Program-made: the position numbers and the translations under genes
Part shown: in pieces, positions 12,675-25,452 of the stretch
How positions within the stretch are numbered: position 1 is the first letter of the stretch
Layout: every line of letters starts with the position of its first letter
Notes under the pieces: model-generated
Told to the model about the DNA's origin: nothing
The model's input: only the letters and a program-made list of their open reading frames with translations
Database searches by the model: none
Assembly (NCBI RefSeq): GCF_001194135.2
Contig: NC_069005.1
Coordinates: forward strand, 28,558,736 to 28,607,072
Direction of reading: 5' to 3'
Length of the DNA: 48,337 nucleotides
From: Octopus bimaculoides
Lineage: Eukaryota

Positions 12675-13892
12675 TTAAACACATTCACTCGTAAAATTTC
12701 CACTCATTTACTTATTTATTTATTCTTGTATTTATTTATTTTTACCGGTGAGTGTGTTAAATTATAAGGCACTAAAAGAGAATGACTCACATAAAGAATC
12801 TTGCAAACCAAATCCAAAAACGAAATAATTTAGCAATGTTTTCCAGTTACCTTCCGTTTGGATATATATCCTGTTCTCGACCCCAGTACTTGACTGGTTC
12901 TTATTTCATTGACCCCAAAAGGTTGGAAGGCAAAATTGACTTTGACAGAATTTGAACACAGAATGTAAAGACAATTGAAGGGTCACTAAGCATTTTGTCC
13001 GGTATAATAACGATCCTTTCTATTATAGGCTCAAGGCTTGAAATTTGGGTGTAGGGGACTAGTTGGTTGCATTGACCCCAATGACCAACGGTTACTTAAT
13101 TTATCAACCCTGAACGGTTGAAATGCAAAGTTGATTTGAACTCAGAACATAAAACGAACAAAATGCGGCAAAGCATTTTACCTGGCGTGCTAACGATTCT
13201 GCCAAGCTCGCCGCCTTTAATGATAAATAAAGTAATTAAATAATGGTTTCTCTCAGACCTCTAAAGCCACAAATGTTTGGTGGAGAGGCACAATCACCTG
13301 TGTCACACCCCACTCGCACCGCCACACTCGTTTCTCTGCTATTCATTTTATCGATCATTTGCATTTTATAAGCCATTGATTCTTCCGCCAGCATGTTATC
13401 AACCTGGCTGGCTTTGTTGTCTGTCTCCTGCTTGAAACATGTCCGATAGTCCGCCTGCTTACCTGTATGACTGTCTGTCCGTCCGCCCGCCTGCCTGTAT
13501 GTCTGTCTGTTCATCTGTTATGATTGTCCTCCTCTCCCTCTCCCTCTCCCCTCCCACCTCTGTACACAATCTTTCAATAGTGTCCTGTCTCCTTGGTAAT
13601 GTTGTTTCTTTGACTCTCTTTCTCTCTCTGTCTCCGTCCTCGTGGCCACCACCCTCAGAATCTTTTTGTTTTTTTATCTATCTATCGATTTATCTATACA
13701 TTTCATTTCATTCAACCATCAGGCACTTATGATTACAACTATTTATTATTATTATTATTATTGTTATTATTATTATTATAATTATTATATCTAGGTTTTT
13801 GTAATATTTTCCCCCAAAGCCTATTGGTCACAGCTGACTTCACTTCCATACTTTGCTGTCTTACTACTACTACCACTACCACTACTACTACG

Positions 13893-13924
<32 letters not shown>

Positions 13925-14058
13925 CACCACTACTACCACTACTACTACTGCTGTGACCACCATTACACATTTTTGTTACTCCTGGTTTCTTCAGTTTATA
14001 CTGGTTAGAAACAAAGAACTCTTGAATGTGAAATATGATATACACATATATACGTATA

Positions 14059-14109
<51 letters not shown>

Positions 14110-15290
14110 NNNNNNNNNNNNNNNNNNNNNNNNNNNNNNNNNNNNNNNNNNNNNNNNNNNNNNNNNNNNNNNNNNNNNNNNNNNNNNNNNNNNNNNNNNN
14201 NNNNNNNNNNNNNNNNNNNNNNNNNNNNNNNNNNNNNNNNNNNNNNNNNNNNNNNNNNNNNNNNNNNNNNNNNNNNNNNNNNNNNNNNNNNNNNNNNNNN
14301 NNNNNNNNNNNNNNNNNNNNNNNNNNNNNNNNNNNNNNNNNNNNNNNNNNNNNNNNNNNNNNNNNNNNNNNNNNNNNNNNNNNNNNNNNNNNNNNNNNNN
14401 NNNNNNNNNNNNNNNNNNNNNNNNNNNNNNNNNNNNNNNNNNNNNNNNNNNNNNNNNNNNNNNNNNNNNNNNNNNNNNNNNNNNNNNNNNNNNNNNNNNN
14501 NNNNNNNNNNNNNNNNNNNNNNNNNNNNNNNNNNNNNNNNNNNNNNNNNNNNNNNNNNNNNNNNNNNNNNNNNNNNNNNNNNNNNNNNNNNNNNNNNNNN
14601 NNNNNNNNNNNNNNNNNNNNNNNNNNNNNNNNNNNNNNNNNNNNNNNNNNNNNNNNNNNNNNNNNNNNNNNNNNNNNNNNNNNNNNNNNNNNNNNNNNNN
14701 NNNNNNNNNNNNNNNNNNNNNNNNNNNNNNNNNNNNNNNNNNNNNNNNNNNNNNNNNNNNNNNNNNNNNNNNNNNNNNNNNNNNNNNNNNNNNNNNNNNN
14801 NNNNNNNNNNNNNATAACAATAGACATATGAACAAGTAAATGAAAGAGCAATAACTACATAACAACAAAATAACAACACAATATCAAAAAAAAAAAAAGC
14901 AACAATAAATAATAAATAGCAATAATAGGTTTTTTTTTCAGTCAATTTTGTCAGTTATCCAATCAATTTTTCATATTCTGTTTTTGTTGATTTTTTTGGA
15001 TTTTTTTGGATTTTTTTTTTTTGTCATTTTTATTTTATTTTATTTATTCTCTATTGCAATCTACCATACAACCCAATCATATAATTTCAATAATACAGAC
15101 CAATCATACAGTCTAATCTACTGTCCAATCAAATTGCTTGACTTTTGATTTCCTGTTTCTTTATATTTGATTAGGTATTTTTTGTTGTTTTCTTTTGTTT
15201 TGTTTTTTTTGTCCCGAATTATATATTCACCACCACTCTTACACACGTGTGTATGTATATGTACGATAGACACACAGATATATAATACAA

Positions 15291-15326
<36 letters not shown>

Positions 15327-16983
15327 CTTTTTTCTCTTATTTGTTTCAGTGGTTGGACTATGGTCCCATGGAGGCACTGCTTTGGAAAATTTTAGTCAAA
15401 CAAATTGAACCAAGTACTAATTTTTTATAAGCCCGGTGTTCATTCTATTGGTCTCTTTTGATGAACAGAGTTACAGGGACGTAAACACACCAACACCAGA
15501 CGTCAAGTGCTGGTGGTGGTAGGACAAACACAGACAAAAAGACATACACATGAATATATATATATATATATATATATTAATTATTAATAATAAAAGGGTA
15601 AAATTAATTAATTAATCAATCAATCAATTAATTAATAATTAATAATTTTACCAAGTAGTTCGGTACGTTAAAATAACCTTTTTAGGTAAAATTATACAAA
15701 TATTCTATAATTATAAACATAATTATAATCAGGGGTCTGCTAGTTTTGGAGGTGATTTTAAAATGTGAATATCTGAAATAAACTCGACTGCTCTCACAAA
15801 TGATGAGAATACTAAAAATGAACCCGACTGCTCTCAAGAATTAAGTAAAAAAACAGGAAAAATAATCCAGAATCCTTGTCCATTACCAGATCAATCCCAC
15901 AATCTAATCAGTTTGTGCCAGTCACGAGGCCAAACATCCCTGAAAGTTTCATTGGAATCCATACAGCGGTTCTTGAGATATCTTGTCCACGGACAAACAA
16001 ACACAACACAACTGAAAACAATACCTCTGCCTTCGCTAAGATGAAGGTAATAAAATACAATAACAAAGGTAGTTGTTTCATTCTTGAAATTAAAAAGAAA
16101 AAGAAAAATGCTCTTCAGTATTTCGGACATAAGCCCTTCACTACACAGGAAAGGAAAGCGAATAGCTAGAGAATAATTGAGAAGAAACGAGAGAGAAAAC
16201 TGTTAAGACAGAAACACTACATGTAGTCATAGATCGGCATTATCTTGGAGAATGGTTTCAAAGCAGAAAAATTTTCCACCATGTTGGTGGAGAAAAAAAG
16301 AAGCTTAACACTCATGTTACTATATTTCAGTCGAAATTTGCTACCTTCATTTTAATTAATTTTGAAAATAATTTAGTTGTATTTTAGTAAAAATAACTTC
16401 GTTGTTATTGTTTATTTTTGTTTTGGTTTTTTAATATGGTTTAGTATGCAATTGATGGGTGATTTTAATTAAAATCATTAGTTAAACAGGAAATTTGTAT
16501 CATAGAACCTTGGGGACTCTTTCAGGTGGATTGGTATTAAAAGGGTTAGGGTTAGGGTTATGCATCTGAGAGAATTATTTTATTTAGTTTTAAAAAAACT
16601 TAAGCATGCCTTTTGACAATTCTGGAGCATTCTCTTTTATTCTCTTTTACTTGTCTCAGTCATTTGACTGCGGCCATGCTGGAGCACCGCCTTTTAGTCG
16701 AGCAAATCAACCCCAGGACTTATTCTTTGGAAGCCTGGTACTTATTCTATCGGTTTCTTTTACCGAACTGCTAAGTTACGGGGACGTAAACACACCAGCA
16801 TCAGTTGTCAAGCGATGTTGGGATTCTCCTTATGACTTTTGGCCCACCCTGTATATTTATATATCCTCCTCATCATCATCTCTTAACATCTGCCTTCCAT
16901 ACTGGCAATTGGTTGGACAGTTTGACAGGAGCCGACCAGGTATAAAATCATAAACCTGAAAGAGAAACACACTCTAATATCTA

Positions 16984-17014
<31 letters not shown>

Positions 17015-17832
17015 CTCTCTCTCTCTCATCTTCAGTCCATCAAACTACTTTTGACTGATTAACAATTATGGATTAAATGTTTATTCACTCTCGTGGTTAT
17101 TTCTTCTAAATGGCAAGACATACCCTTTTTTTGAACTGGTTACTCTCTCGAATATATATTCAAATACACATGTGTGTGTGTGTATATAAACACACATAAC
17201 CATGCAAATACTTGAAAATCTGTATGTTAATTTTGTCAATCAATAAGCATCGTTTGTTACATTATATTAGAAATAAACAGAAAAATAAAAATAAAAAATA
17301 TCTGGAGAAATTACAAAATCAACCTTATTGCTAGTTCTGGATCTATACCAGCAGTTCCTTATCCATAGGTTTTTATCCCAAATTGGGATACAGTATAATC
17401 CTGAAAGGGTCATTCAACCAAAATCTTTTTTGCTCTTTATAATTCCCCCCCCCCCGTCTGTTTTTCCTTCTCTTCCTTTACACCCACCTTCCTTATCTCT
17501 CTATTGTTTTCCCCCTTTTCCTTTTGTTTGCCTTCTTCCTCCCCTTCTTTTCCCTCCTGCCACCCACCTTATATTATTCCCTTNNNNNNNNNNNNNNNNN
17601 NNNNNNNNNNNNNNNNNNNNNNNNNNNNNNNNNNNNNNNNNNNNNNNNNNNNNNNNNNNNNNNNNNNNNNNNNNNNNNNNNNNNNNNNNNNNNNNNNNNN
17701 NNNNNNNNNNNNNNNNNNNNNNNNNNNNNNNNNNNNNNNNNNNNNNNNNNNNNNNNNNNNNNNNNNNNNNNNNNNNNNNNNNNNNNNNNNNNNNNNNNNN
17801 NNNNNNNNNNNNNNNNNNNNNNNNNNNNNNNN

Positions 17833-17875
<43 letters not shown>

Positions 17876-18285
17876 TCACAGACAGACCTGTTATTTTTGC
17901 TGATAATAATGAGGTGCTAATGGCAGGTTGTTAATGAGAAAGATAATTAAATCAATGCTTCATGCTGACACCAAAGTTGGTAAAACACAAAGCACAACAG
18001 GGAAACCATAAGAATTTTGGCCCAGGAATCAATATTCGGTTATTATCTGTGTTAGAGGAGGAAGACTTAGGAAGAGTGCCTGATACAGAATCTGTGGTTT
18101 CTACAATCAAATGTGGGTGTGTGTGGGTGTATGTGTGTGCATATATGTATGTATGTGTGTGTACATGTATGTGTATGTATATATATGTGTGTGTATGTAT
18201 ATATATATATATATGTATATGTATGTGTATATGCGTGTGTGTGTATATATATGTATGTGTGTGTGTGTGTATATAAGTATGTGTG

Positions 18286-18323
<38 letters not shown>

Positions 18324-18334
18324 GGTAGGTATAT

Positions 18335-18381
<47 letters not shown>

Positions 18382-18586
18382 NNNNNNNNNNNNNNNNNNN
18401 NNNNNNNNNNNNNNNNNNNNNNNNNNNNNNNNNNNNNNNNNNNNNNNNNNNNNNNNNNNNNNNNNNNNNNNNNNNNNNNNNNNNNNNNNNNNNNNNNNNN
18501 NNNNNNNNNNNNNNNNNNNNNNNNNNNNNNNNNNNNNNNNNNNNNNNNNNNNNNNNNNNNNNNNNNNATATATATATGTAGGTATA

Positions 18587-18619
<33 letters not shown>

Positions 18620-19791
18620 GTAGGTATGTGTGTGTATATATATATATATATGTAGGTATGTGTGTGTATATATATATATATATGTAGGTATATGTGTGTA
18701 TATATATGTATTTGTGTGTGTGTGTATATATATATAGTATGTGTGTGTGTGTGTATATATAGATAGATAGATAGATATATTGTTGACATCATCATAATTT
18801 TATGAACTTGTGAGCAAAGGTGAAATAATTCTGTTTTGGAATAGTGGATCTCAAAGCACACATAAGGCTATAAATAATAACTTGTAAATATTACGTACTG
18901 TCCTAAAGGGTTTTCCGATCCAATATTTACATGCTGTTATTTATAGCTTTGTGTGCTTAGATCCAGTATTCCAGAAAACAAATATGTGTGTGAATGTACA
19001 TACATACATACATACATACATACATACATACATACAACTTCTGTGTGTGTTGCTGTCAGTGTTCCCTATCACTGCTTAACAACCAGTGTTGGTTTATTTA
19101 CATCCTTGGAACTTAAGATATACAAAAAAGAGACCGATAGGGTAAATATCATACTTTAAAAAAATAAGTACTGATCGATTTGTTTTTTGTTATTTTTTTA
19201 CAAAAGCCCTTCAAGGCAGTGCTTCAGCTTGGCTGCCATCCAATGACTGCAACAAGTAAAAGGTAAAGGCCAGGTGTGAAGTCTTGCGACCAATTTCCCT
19301 CCAACACCACCATGACTGCTACCGTCCCCACCACTGTCACCACATCCTACCCCCNNNNNNNNNNNNNNNNNNNNNNNNNNNNNNNNNNNNNNNNNNNNNN
19401 NNNNNNNNNNNNNNNNNNNNNNNNNNNNNNNNNNNNNNNNNNNNNNNNNNNNNNNNNNNNNNNNNNNNNNNNNNNNNNNNNNNNNNNNNNNNNNNNNNNN
19501 NNNNNNNNNNNNNNNNNNNNNNNNNNNNNNNNNNNNNNNNNNNNNNNNNNNNNNNNNNNNNNNNNNNNNNNNNNNNNNNNNNNNNNNNNNNNNNNNNNNN
19601 NNNNNNNNNNNNNNNNNNNNNNNNNNNNNNNNNNNNNNNNNNNNNNNNNNNNNNNNNNNNNNNNNNNNNNNNNNNNNNNNNNNNNNNNNNNNNNNNNNNN
19701 NNNNNNNNNNNNNNNNNNNNNNNNNNNNNNNNNNNNNNNNNNNNNNNNNNNNNNNNNNNNNNNNNNNNNNNNNNNNNNNNNNNNNNNNNNN

Positions 19792-19851
<60 letters not shown>

Positions 19852-21403
19852 CCAACTGAATTGTGTGTTCAGTTTCATTTATGGCTTTTAACTGTTTTTT
19901 TTTCTATTGTATATTTATGTTTTCTACTTAAGGTGGGGTGGGTGGGTATGTGTTTGTGTAGAGATATATGCATGCACACAGGTATGTTTATGTATATGTG
20001 TGTGTGAGTGTTTACATACATATATATACATATACATATATATATGTAGTAAGCACATAAATGCAAAACAAGGTAGTGAAAAATAGTACTCGAATACCAA
20101 AGGCAGAGTAATAGACTGCTTATTAAAGCCGGAAAAAAAGATCTTCACAAACTGTTACTCAGTTTCATGTGGCTGTCCATTGGACAATTGCAATGATACA
20201 GTATCCTCGTAACTGTCCGACGGTCAGTCACGTGAGACTCTGAGTAATAGTTTGGGCTTTAATAAATAGTGTGTGCGTGTGTGTGTGTGTGTGTGTGTAT
20301 TTTGGACTCTCCATAAAACTGACCCCCACCCAACATCGCTTGACGACTGATGCTGGTGTGTTTACGTCCCTGCCACTTAGCAGTTCGGCGAGAGAGGCCG
20401 ATAGAATAAGTACTAGGCTTACAAAGAATAAGTCCTGGGGTCGATTTGTTCAACTAAAGGCGGTGCTCCAGCATGGTCGCAGTCAAATCACTGAAACGAA
20501 TAAAAGAATATATATGTATATAGATATCCTTTAAGTTCATTTATGAGAAGCATTTTTGAATATGTATATCAAAGCTCCTATTGAATTTGATCGACCTGAT
20601 GTCCGTGGATACTATGGACTGTGCTGTAACCATTCCAGGAATACGGACTATGATCGCACAAAACGTGATTAGTGGAGACGTGCACATAGCGATGCATTAA
20701 AATATTAATAAATTCCATCTATGGATAATTATTATTATTACTACATGTGTGTGTGTGTAGCATGGAATGTGATGATGATAATGAGGATAATGGTATATCC
20801 ACATGCATATGCATTTACTGGCTTGCCGTTGGTTGCAGTGGCCGAGTGCTCCATGGACATGCACACCTCCAACGAAGTTCTCAAGGAGATTCAGCATAGC
20901 ACACCAAACGTAACAAGGCTGGCCCCTTCGAAATACAACTCGTTTTTTGCCTACTGAGTGGACTGGGGCAATATGAAATAAAGTGTCTTGCTGAAGGACA
21001 CAACGCACTGCCGGGAATCGAACTTGTGACCTTATGATTGTGTTTTGTATCTCCTAACCACTAAGCCACATGCCTTGACTTGCGCATATAGACATTCCTA
21101 CATATGCACATGTGGCATTTTGGACACTTGACATATATGCTAGAAAGATTGATCTCACAGAGAAGAAAACAGAAAGCAATCCCCTCTCCTCTCCATCTTG
21201 CCACTGGTCTCTCTCTCTGTCTGTCTGCCTGCTTTCTGACCTTTTCCAGAAATATCTGCACACTGGTGCTGGTGGTGGTGGTTGTGTGCCTTCTTACTTT
21301 CCTTTGATTTGTCTATTTGATCAGTGTTTGAGAAAGTCTTTTTTGTTTCATGTTCATATGTGGTATTTGTATGCATATATATATATATATTTATATATAT
21401 ATA

Positions 21404-21805
21404 GGCGCAGGAATGGCTGTGTGGTAAGTAGCTTGCTTACCAACCACATGGTTCTGGGTTCAGTCCCACTGCGTGGCACCTTGGGCAAGTGTCTTCTACT
21501 ATAGCCTTGGGCCGACCAAAGCCTTGTGAGTGGATTTGGTAGACGGAAACTGAAAGAAGCCCGTCGTATATATATGTATGTGTGTGTATATGTTTGCGTG
21601 TCTGTGTTTGTCCCCCCCCCCCAACATCGCTTGACAACCAATGCTGGTGTGTTTACGTCCCTGTAATTTAGCGGTTCGGCGAAAAGAGACCGATAGAACA
21701 AGTACTAGGCTTACAAAGGATAAGTCCTGGGGTTCATTTCCTCGACTAAAAGGCGGTGCCCCAGCATGGCCACAGTCAAATGACTGAAACAATTAAGAGT
21801 AAAAG
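21404..21805 (+). mobile_element. Full-length family A SINE, followed by a 5'-half copy at about 21816-21980
   Basis: Colinear and highly similar to 838-1222. Confidence 0.85.
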
Positions 21806-21980
21806 AGATATATATATGCAGGCGTGGCTGTGTGGTCAAGAAGCTTGCTTCTCAGCCATGTGGTCTAGTGTTCAGTCCCACTGTGTGGTGCCTTGGACAT
21901 GTGCTTTCTACTATAGCCCTGCGCCAACTAAAACCTTGTGAGTGGATCCAGTAGATGGAAACTGAAAGAAGCTCATTGTA

Positions 21981-22220
21981 TATGAGGTCCGCCTGAAAAA
22001 TAACAGGACTGGGTGTGCTGTGTGAGTTATGGGCATCGTCTACAGTGAGCTCTTGCCATAGGAGCAGACAATCAATCAATCAATCAGCAGGTTTACAAAG
22101 AAATCCTGCAGTGTTTGCTTCACTCAGGGCACGAGAAGGGACGAAAGTTGTGGAAGGACAAATTGTGACTGCTTCACCATGACAACGCATCTGCTCACAA
22201 CACCCTTGGCATCAAGAGAC
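21981..22220 (+). mobile_element. Mariner (Tc1/mariner) transposase remnant
   Basis: GIVYSELLP*EQTINQ..YKEILQCL..LW..*LLHHDNASAH, matching mariner GIVH.EFLP.GQTIN and LLHHDNAPAH; begins with TIR-like tatgaggtc. Confidence 0.75.
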
Positions 22221-23699
22221 TGATAGAATAAGTACTGGGATCAATTCATTCAACTAAAAATTCTCCAAGCTAAAAGATAAGACTCTTTTTGATTTACCAC
22301 CACCACTAAGCACATTGCCAAACATTACCCCCAGTTGTGACCGATTGTGACATGACCACCACCACTGAATGCTACTCCATCATTTTGTCACAGGCCATCA
22401 CCACTGTCACCACCTCACCAGCATCTTTATTGAATCACAGGCCAGCTACATCATCATCATCACTACTACCACTACACATCGTTAGTGTGTCAAAGGCCAC
22501 CACTCACATCGCCACCACCAAACATATCGCCGTCACCACCACCACCGTACAATGTACCCCATCGCTACCAGCAAATGCATCACCACACACACTACCACCA
22601 TCAGCACAAACAAGCATTACATCATCACCACATTGCATTCCTCCACCAACCATCATTTAACACATCACCACTCACATACCACCACCGCTGCCGAACACTA
22701 CGCCACCACTGCAACTGAACACTATGTACTCAATTACAACCTCACATATCTCCACCACCACCACCACCACCTCCACTACCACTACCTACATTTCTGCTTT
22801 AAATCTCCTGGTTTTTGTTTAATCAGTTAGTTTCAAGCTTCCTGAGAGGATAGGCCCTGCCTTTTTTCTTTTGTGTGTGTGTGTGGATCTATATCAATTG
22901 GTATTTTGTCCACTGACTAATTTCTGCATTCTGCGCCCTCAATAACAATAACAATAATTCTTTTCTAATTCTGTCACAAGGTCAGCAAATGATAATGGTA
23001 ATAATAATTATAATAATAATTATAATGATGATGATGATGACAAAAGCTCTGATGCAATATCAAGCTCCGTCTCTCTTATCTTAATTGATCTTAACTGATT
23101 GGAAGTGTTGTCATGTATGTGTTTTGTTTTGGTATAGAAGGTCGGCTACAGCAAATATTCTGCCTAATACCACAGATTTGCTTGTCAGTTGTTTGACCTT
23201 AATCAATTGAACATGTCCTTTTAGTGGCTGACAATATGTGCATCTCTGATCATGAGCAGGAATAGTGGAGGAGCATCATAGCCATGCGTTGAGAGGGATT
23301 CTTTAAGGTTTGAGTAATTCACCCTTGGAAACATGGGTGTTTCATTCATTGTCCTTAAACAGACCTTATTCAGGGACCTTTTGAGCTGGATGGGCTATTC
23401 AAACTGAAGAAAATTCTAACTGGGCTCCAGTTGCAGGGTTATGTGCTGTTTATCTTGATATGAGATCACCATGTCGTGCACATATAGTTGTGATGCATGT
23501 GCCTGGTGTACCCTTATCAGACGGGTGGTCATGATGGGTATATTGGGGCTTTGTATATTTGTACCCCAGTGTCACTTTGATGGCATACACTGCTTTCTCA
23601 TTGCAAGAAACAGATGGGTTTCTCTATCTAACATTTTATGTAGTTCAAACTACACGAGTTAATAATGTGTGGAAAACAAAATAGGAATTTGAAAGAAGG

Positions 23700-24120
23700 A
23701 TCTGTAAAGTGAGTTTTCAAGCATTGAATGGCTATGGGGGTCCACCAGAATAAAATAGTAATCAAAAGGGTCCATAGGTAAAAGAATAGTTGAGAACCCT
23801 TGCTTTAGATCATAGGTTCTCAAAGTGGGCGCTACCACCCTCCCTGGTGGATGTTGAGACGGTCCAGGTGGGTGCTGGTTCCTAAAGGGCCAGTAGAGAA
23901 AAAGAAGGTATTGGGAGGAAAGCAGTGAATTGGGGGACACTGTGGATTTATTATAATATTGTATACAAATTAGATAACATTGTATTAAATATCAAATGAT
24001 TCATAGAATATGTAAATTAGTAAAATATAAAATATTTATTTATACATAAAAATGGGGTGGGGGTGCTGAGGGTATTACGTGGTCATTAGGCAGGCTGTGA
24101 CCCCAAAAGTTTGAGAACGA
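23700..24120. mobile_element. hAT-like MITE fragments
   Basis: gttctcaaa..tttgagaac terminal inverted motifs; 23740-23800 is the reverse complement of about 7695-7760. Confidence 0.5.
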
Positions 24121-25390
24121 AAGGGTTAAGCCAGCCATATCCAGCCCAAACTTTCCAACCCATGCCAGCATGGAGAGCGGACGTTAAATGATGATGATGA
24201 TTCTGATAACTGAGGGAGACCCACTGTTATTATTATTATTATTACTACTACTACTACTACTATCACCACTATTACCACCACTATTAGTACCAGCACTATC
24301 ACTATCTACTTCTGCAACCACTACTACTACTAGTTACACCACCACTAGTCTACAATTACCACAACCATTATCGCCACCATCACCACCACCACCACCACTT
24401 GTACTACATGTCTTGATACCAAACAAGCTGGTCAGAGAAATTAAGTTTACAAGTTGCACGAAGCTGTTTCATTAAATCACTTAACTCACCCCACCCTACC
24501 CCACCCCATCTCTCNNNNNNNNNNNNNNNNNNNNNNNNNNNNNNNNNNNNNNNNNNNNNNNNNNNNNNNNNNNNNNNNNNNNNNNNNNNNNNNNNNNNNN
24601 NNNNNNNNNNNNNNNNNNNNNNNNNNNNNNNNNNNNNNNNNNNNNNNNNNNNNNNNNNNNNNNNNNNNNNNNNNNNNNNNNNNNNNNNNNNNNNNNNNNN
24701 NNNNNNNNNNNNNNNNNNNNNNNNNNNNNNNNNNNNNNNNNNNNNNNNNNNNNNNNNNNNNNNNNNNNNNNNNNNNNNNNNNNNNNNNNNNNNNNNNNNN
24801 NNNNNNNNNNNNNNNNNNNNNNNNNNNNNNNNNNNNNNNNNNNNNNNNNNNNNNNNNNNNNNNNNNNNNNNNNNNNNNNNNNNNNNNNNNNNNNNNNNNN
24901 NNNNNNNNNNNNNNNNNNNNNNNNNNNNNNNNNNNNNNNNNNNNNNNNNNNNNNNNNNNNNNNNNNNNNNNNNNNNNNNNNNNNNNNNNNNNNNNNNNNN
25001 NNNNNNNNNNNNNNNNNNNNNNNNNNTATATATATGCGCATATGGATACAGGACATCACAAACAACATGAAATACAAAAAAAAAGAGTTGAATATGCAAA
25101 CAACGAGAGAAACAAATGGAAAACAGGACAAGTAACATAAAGAACGACCCTTCATCAGTTTGTCAGCTGCATATCTACACCTCATTTCGAGCATTGAATG
25201 ACAATATGAGTCTTCGGAGACAGTTGCTCCCACAAATACCAAATTAAAATTTGGGATTTATGGAGGGTCAAAGTTGGGAACAAAAACAGGACAGTGGAGA
25301 CATACAAGGAAACTGAACAGAAACAAACATGGTGGGTTGTTAGAGCAGAACGAAGGTAAAATAGTGAACAGTGGAGAAATATTTTCTTTG

Positions 25391-25452
<62 letters not shown>

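Noticed and set aside
13236-13680. Minus-strand open frames (ETDNKASQVDNMLAEES.. and DSEGGGHEDGDRERKRVKE.. ending at CAG|gtaagc)
   Set aside because: They derive from a purine-rich low-complexity strand, have no credible acceptor and show no recognisable homology.
17325-18100. Minus-strand exon-like stretches (GLYCIPIWDKNLWIRNCW.., [15 protein letters not shown]..)
   Set aside because: They are isolated and unrecognised, and I could not chain them into a phase-consistent gene.
20560-20700. Unique, comparatively GC-balanced stretch checked as ANKRD13 exon 1
   Set aside because: None of the frames gives a PLH..VW motif or a suitable donor.
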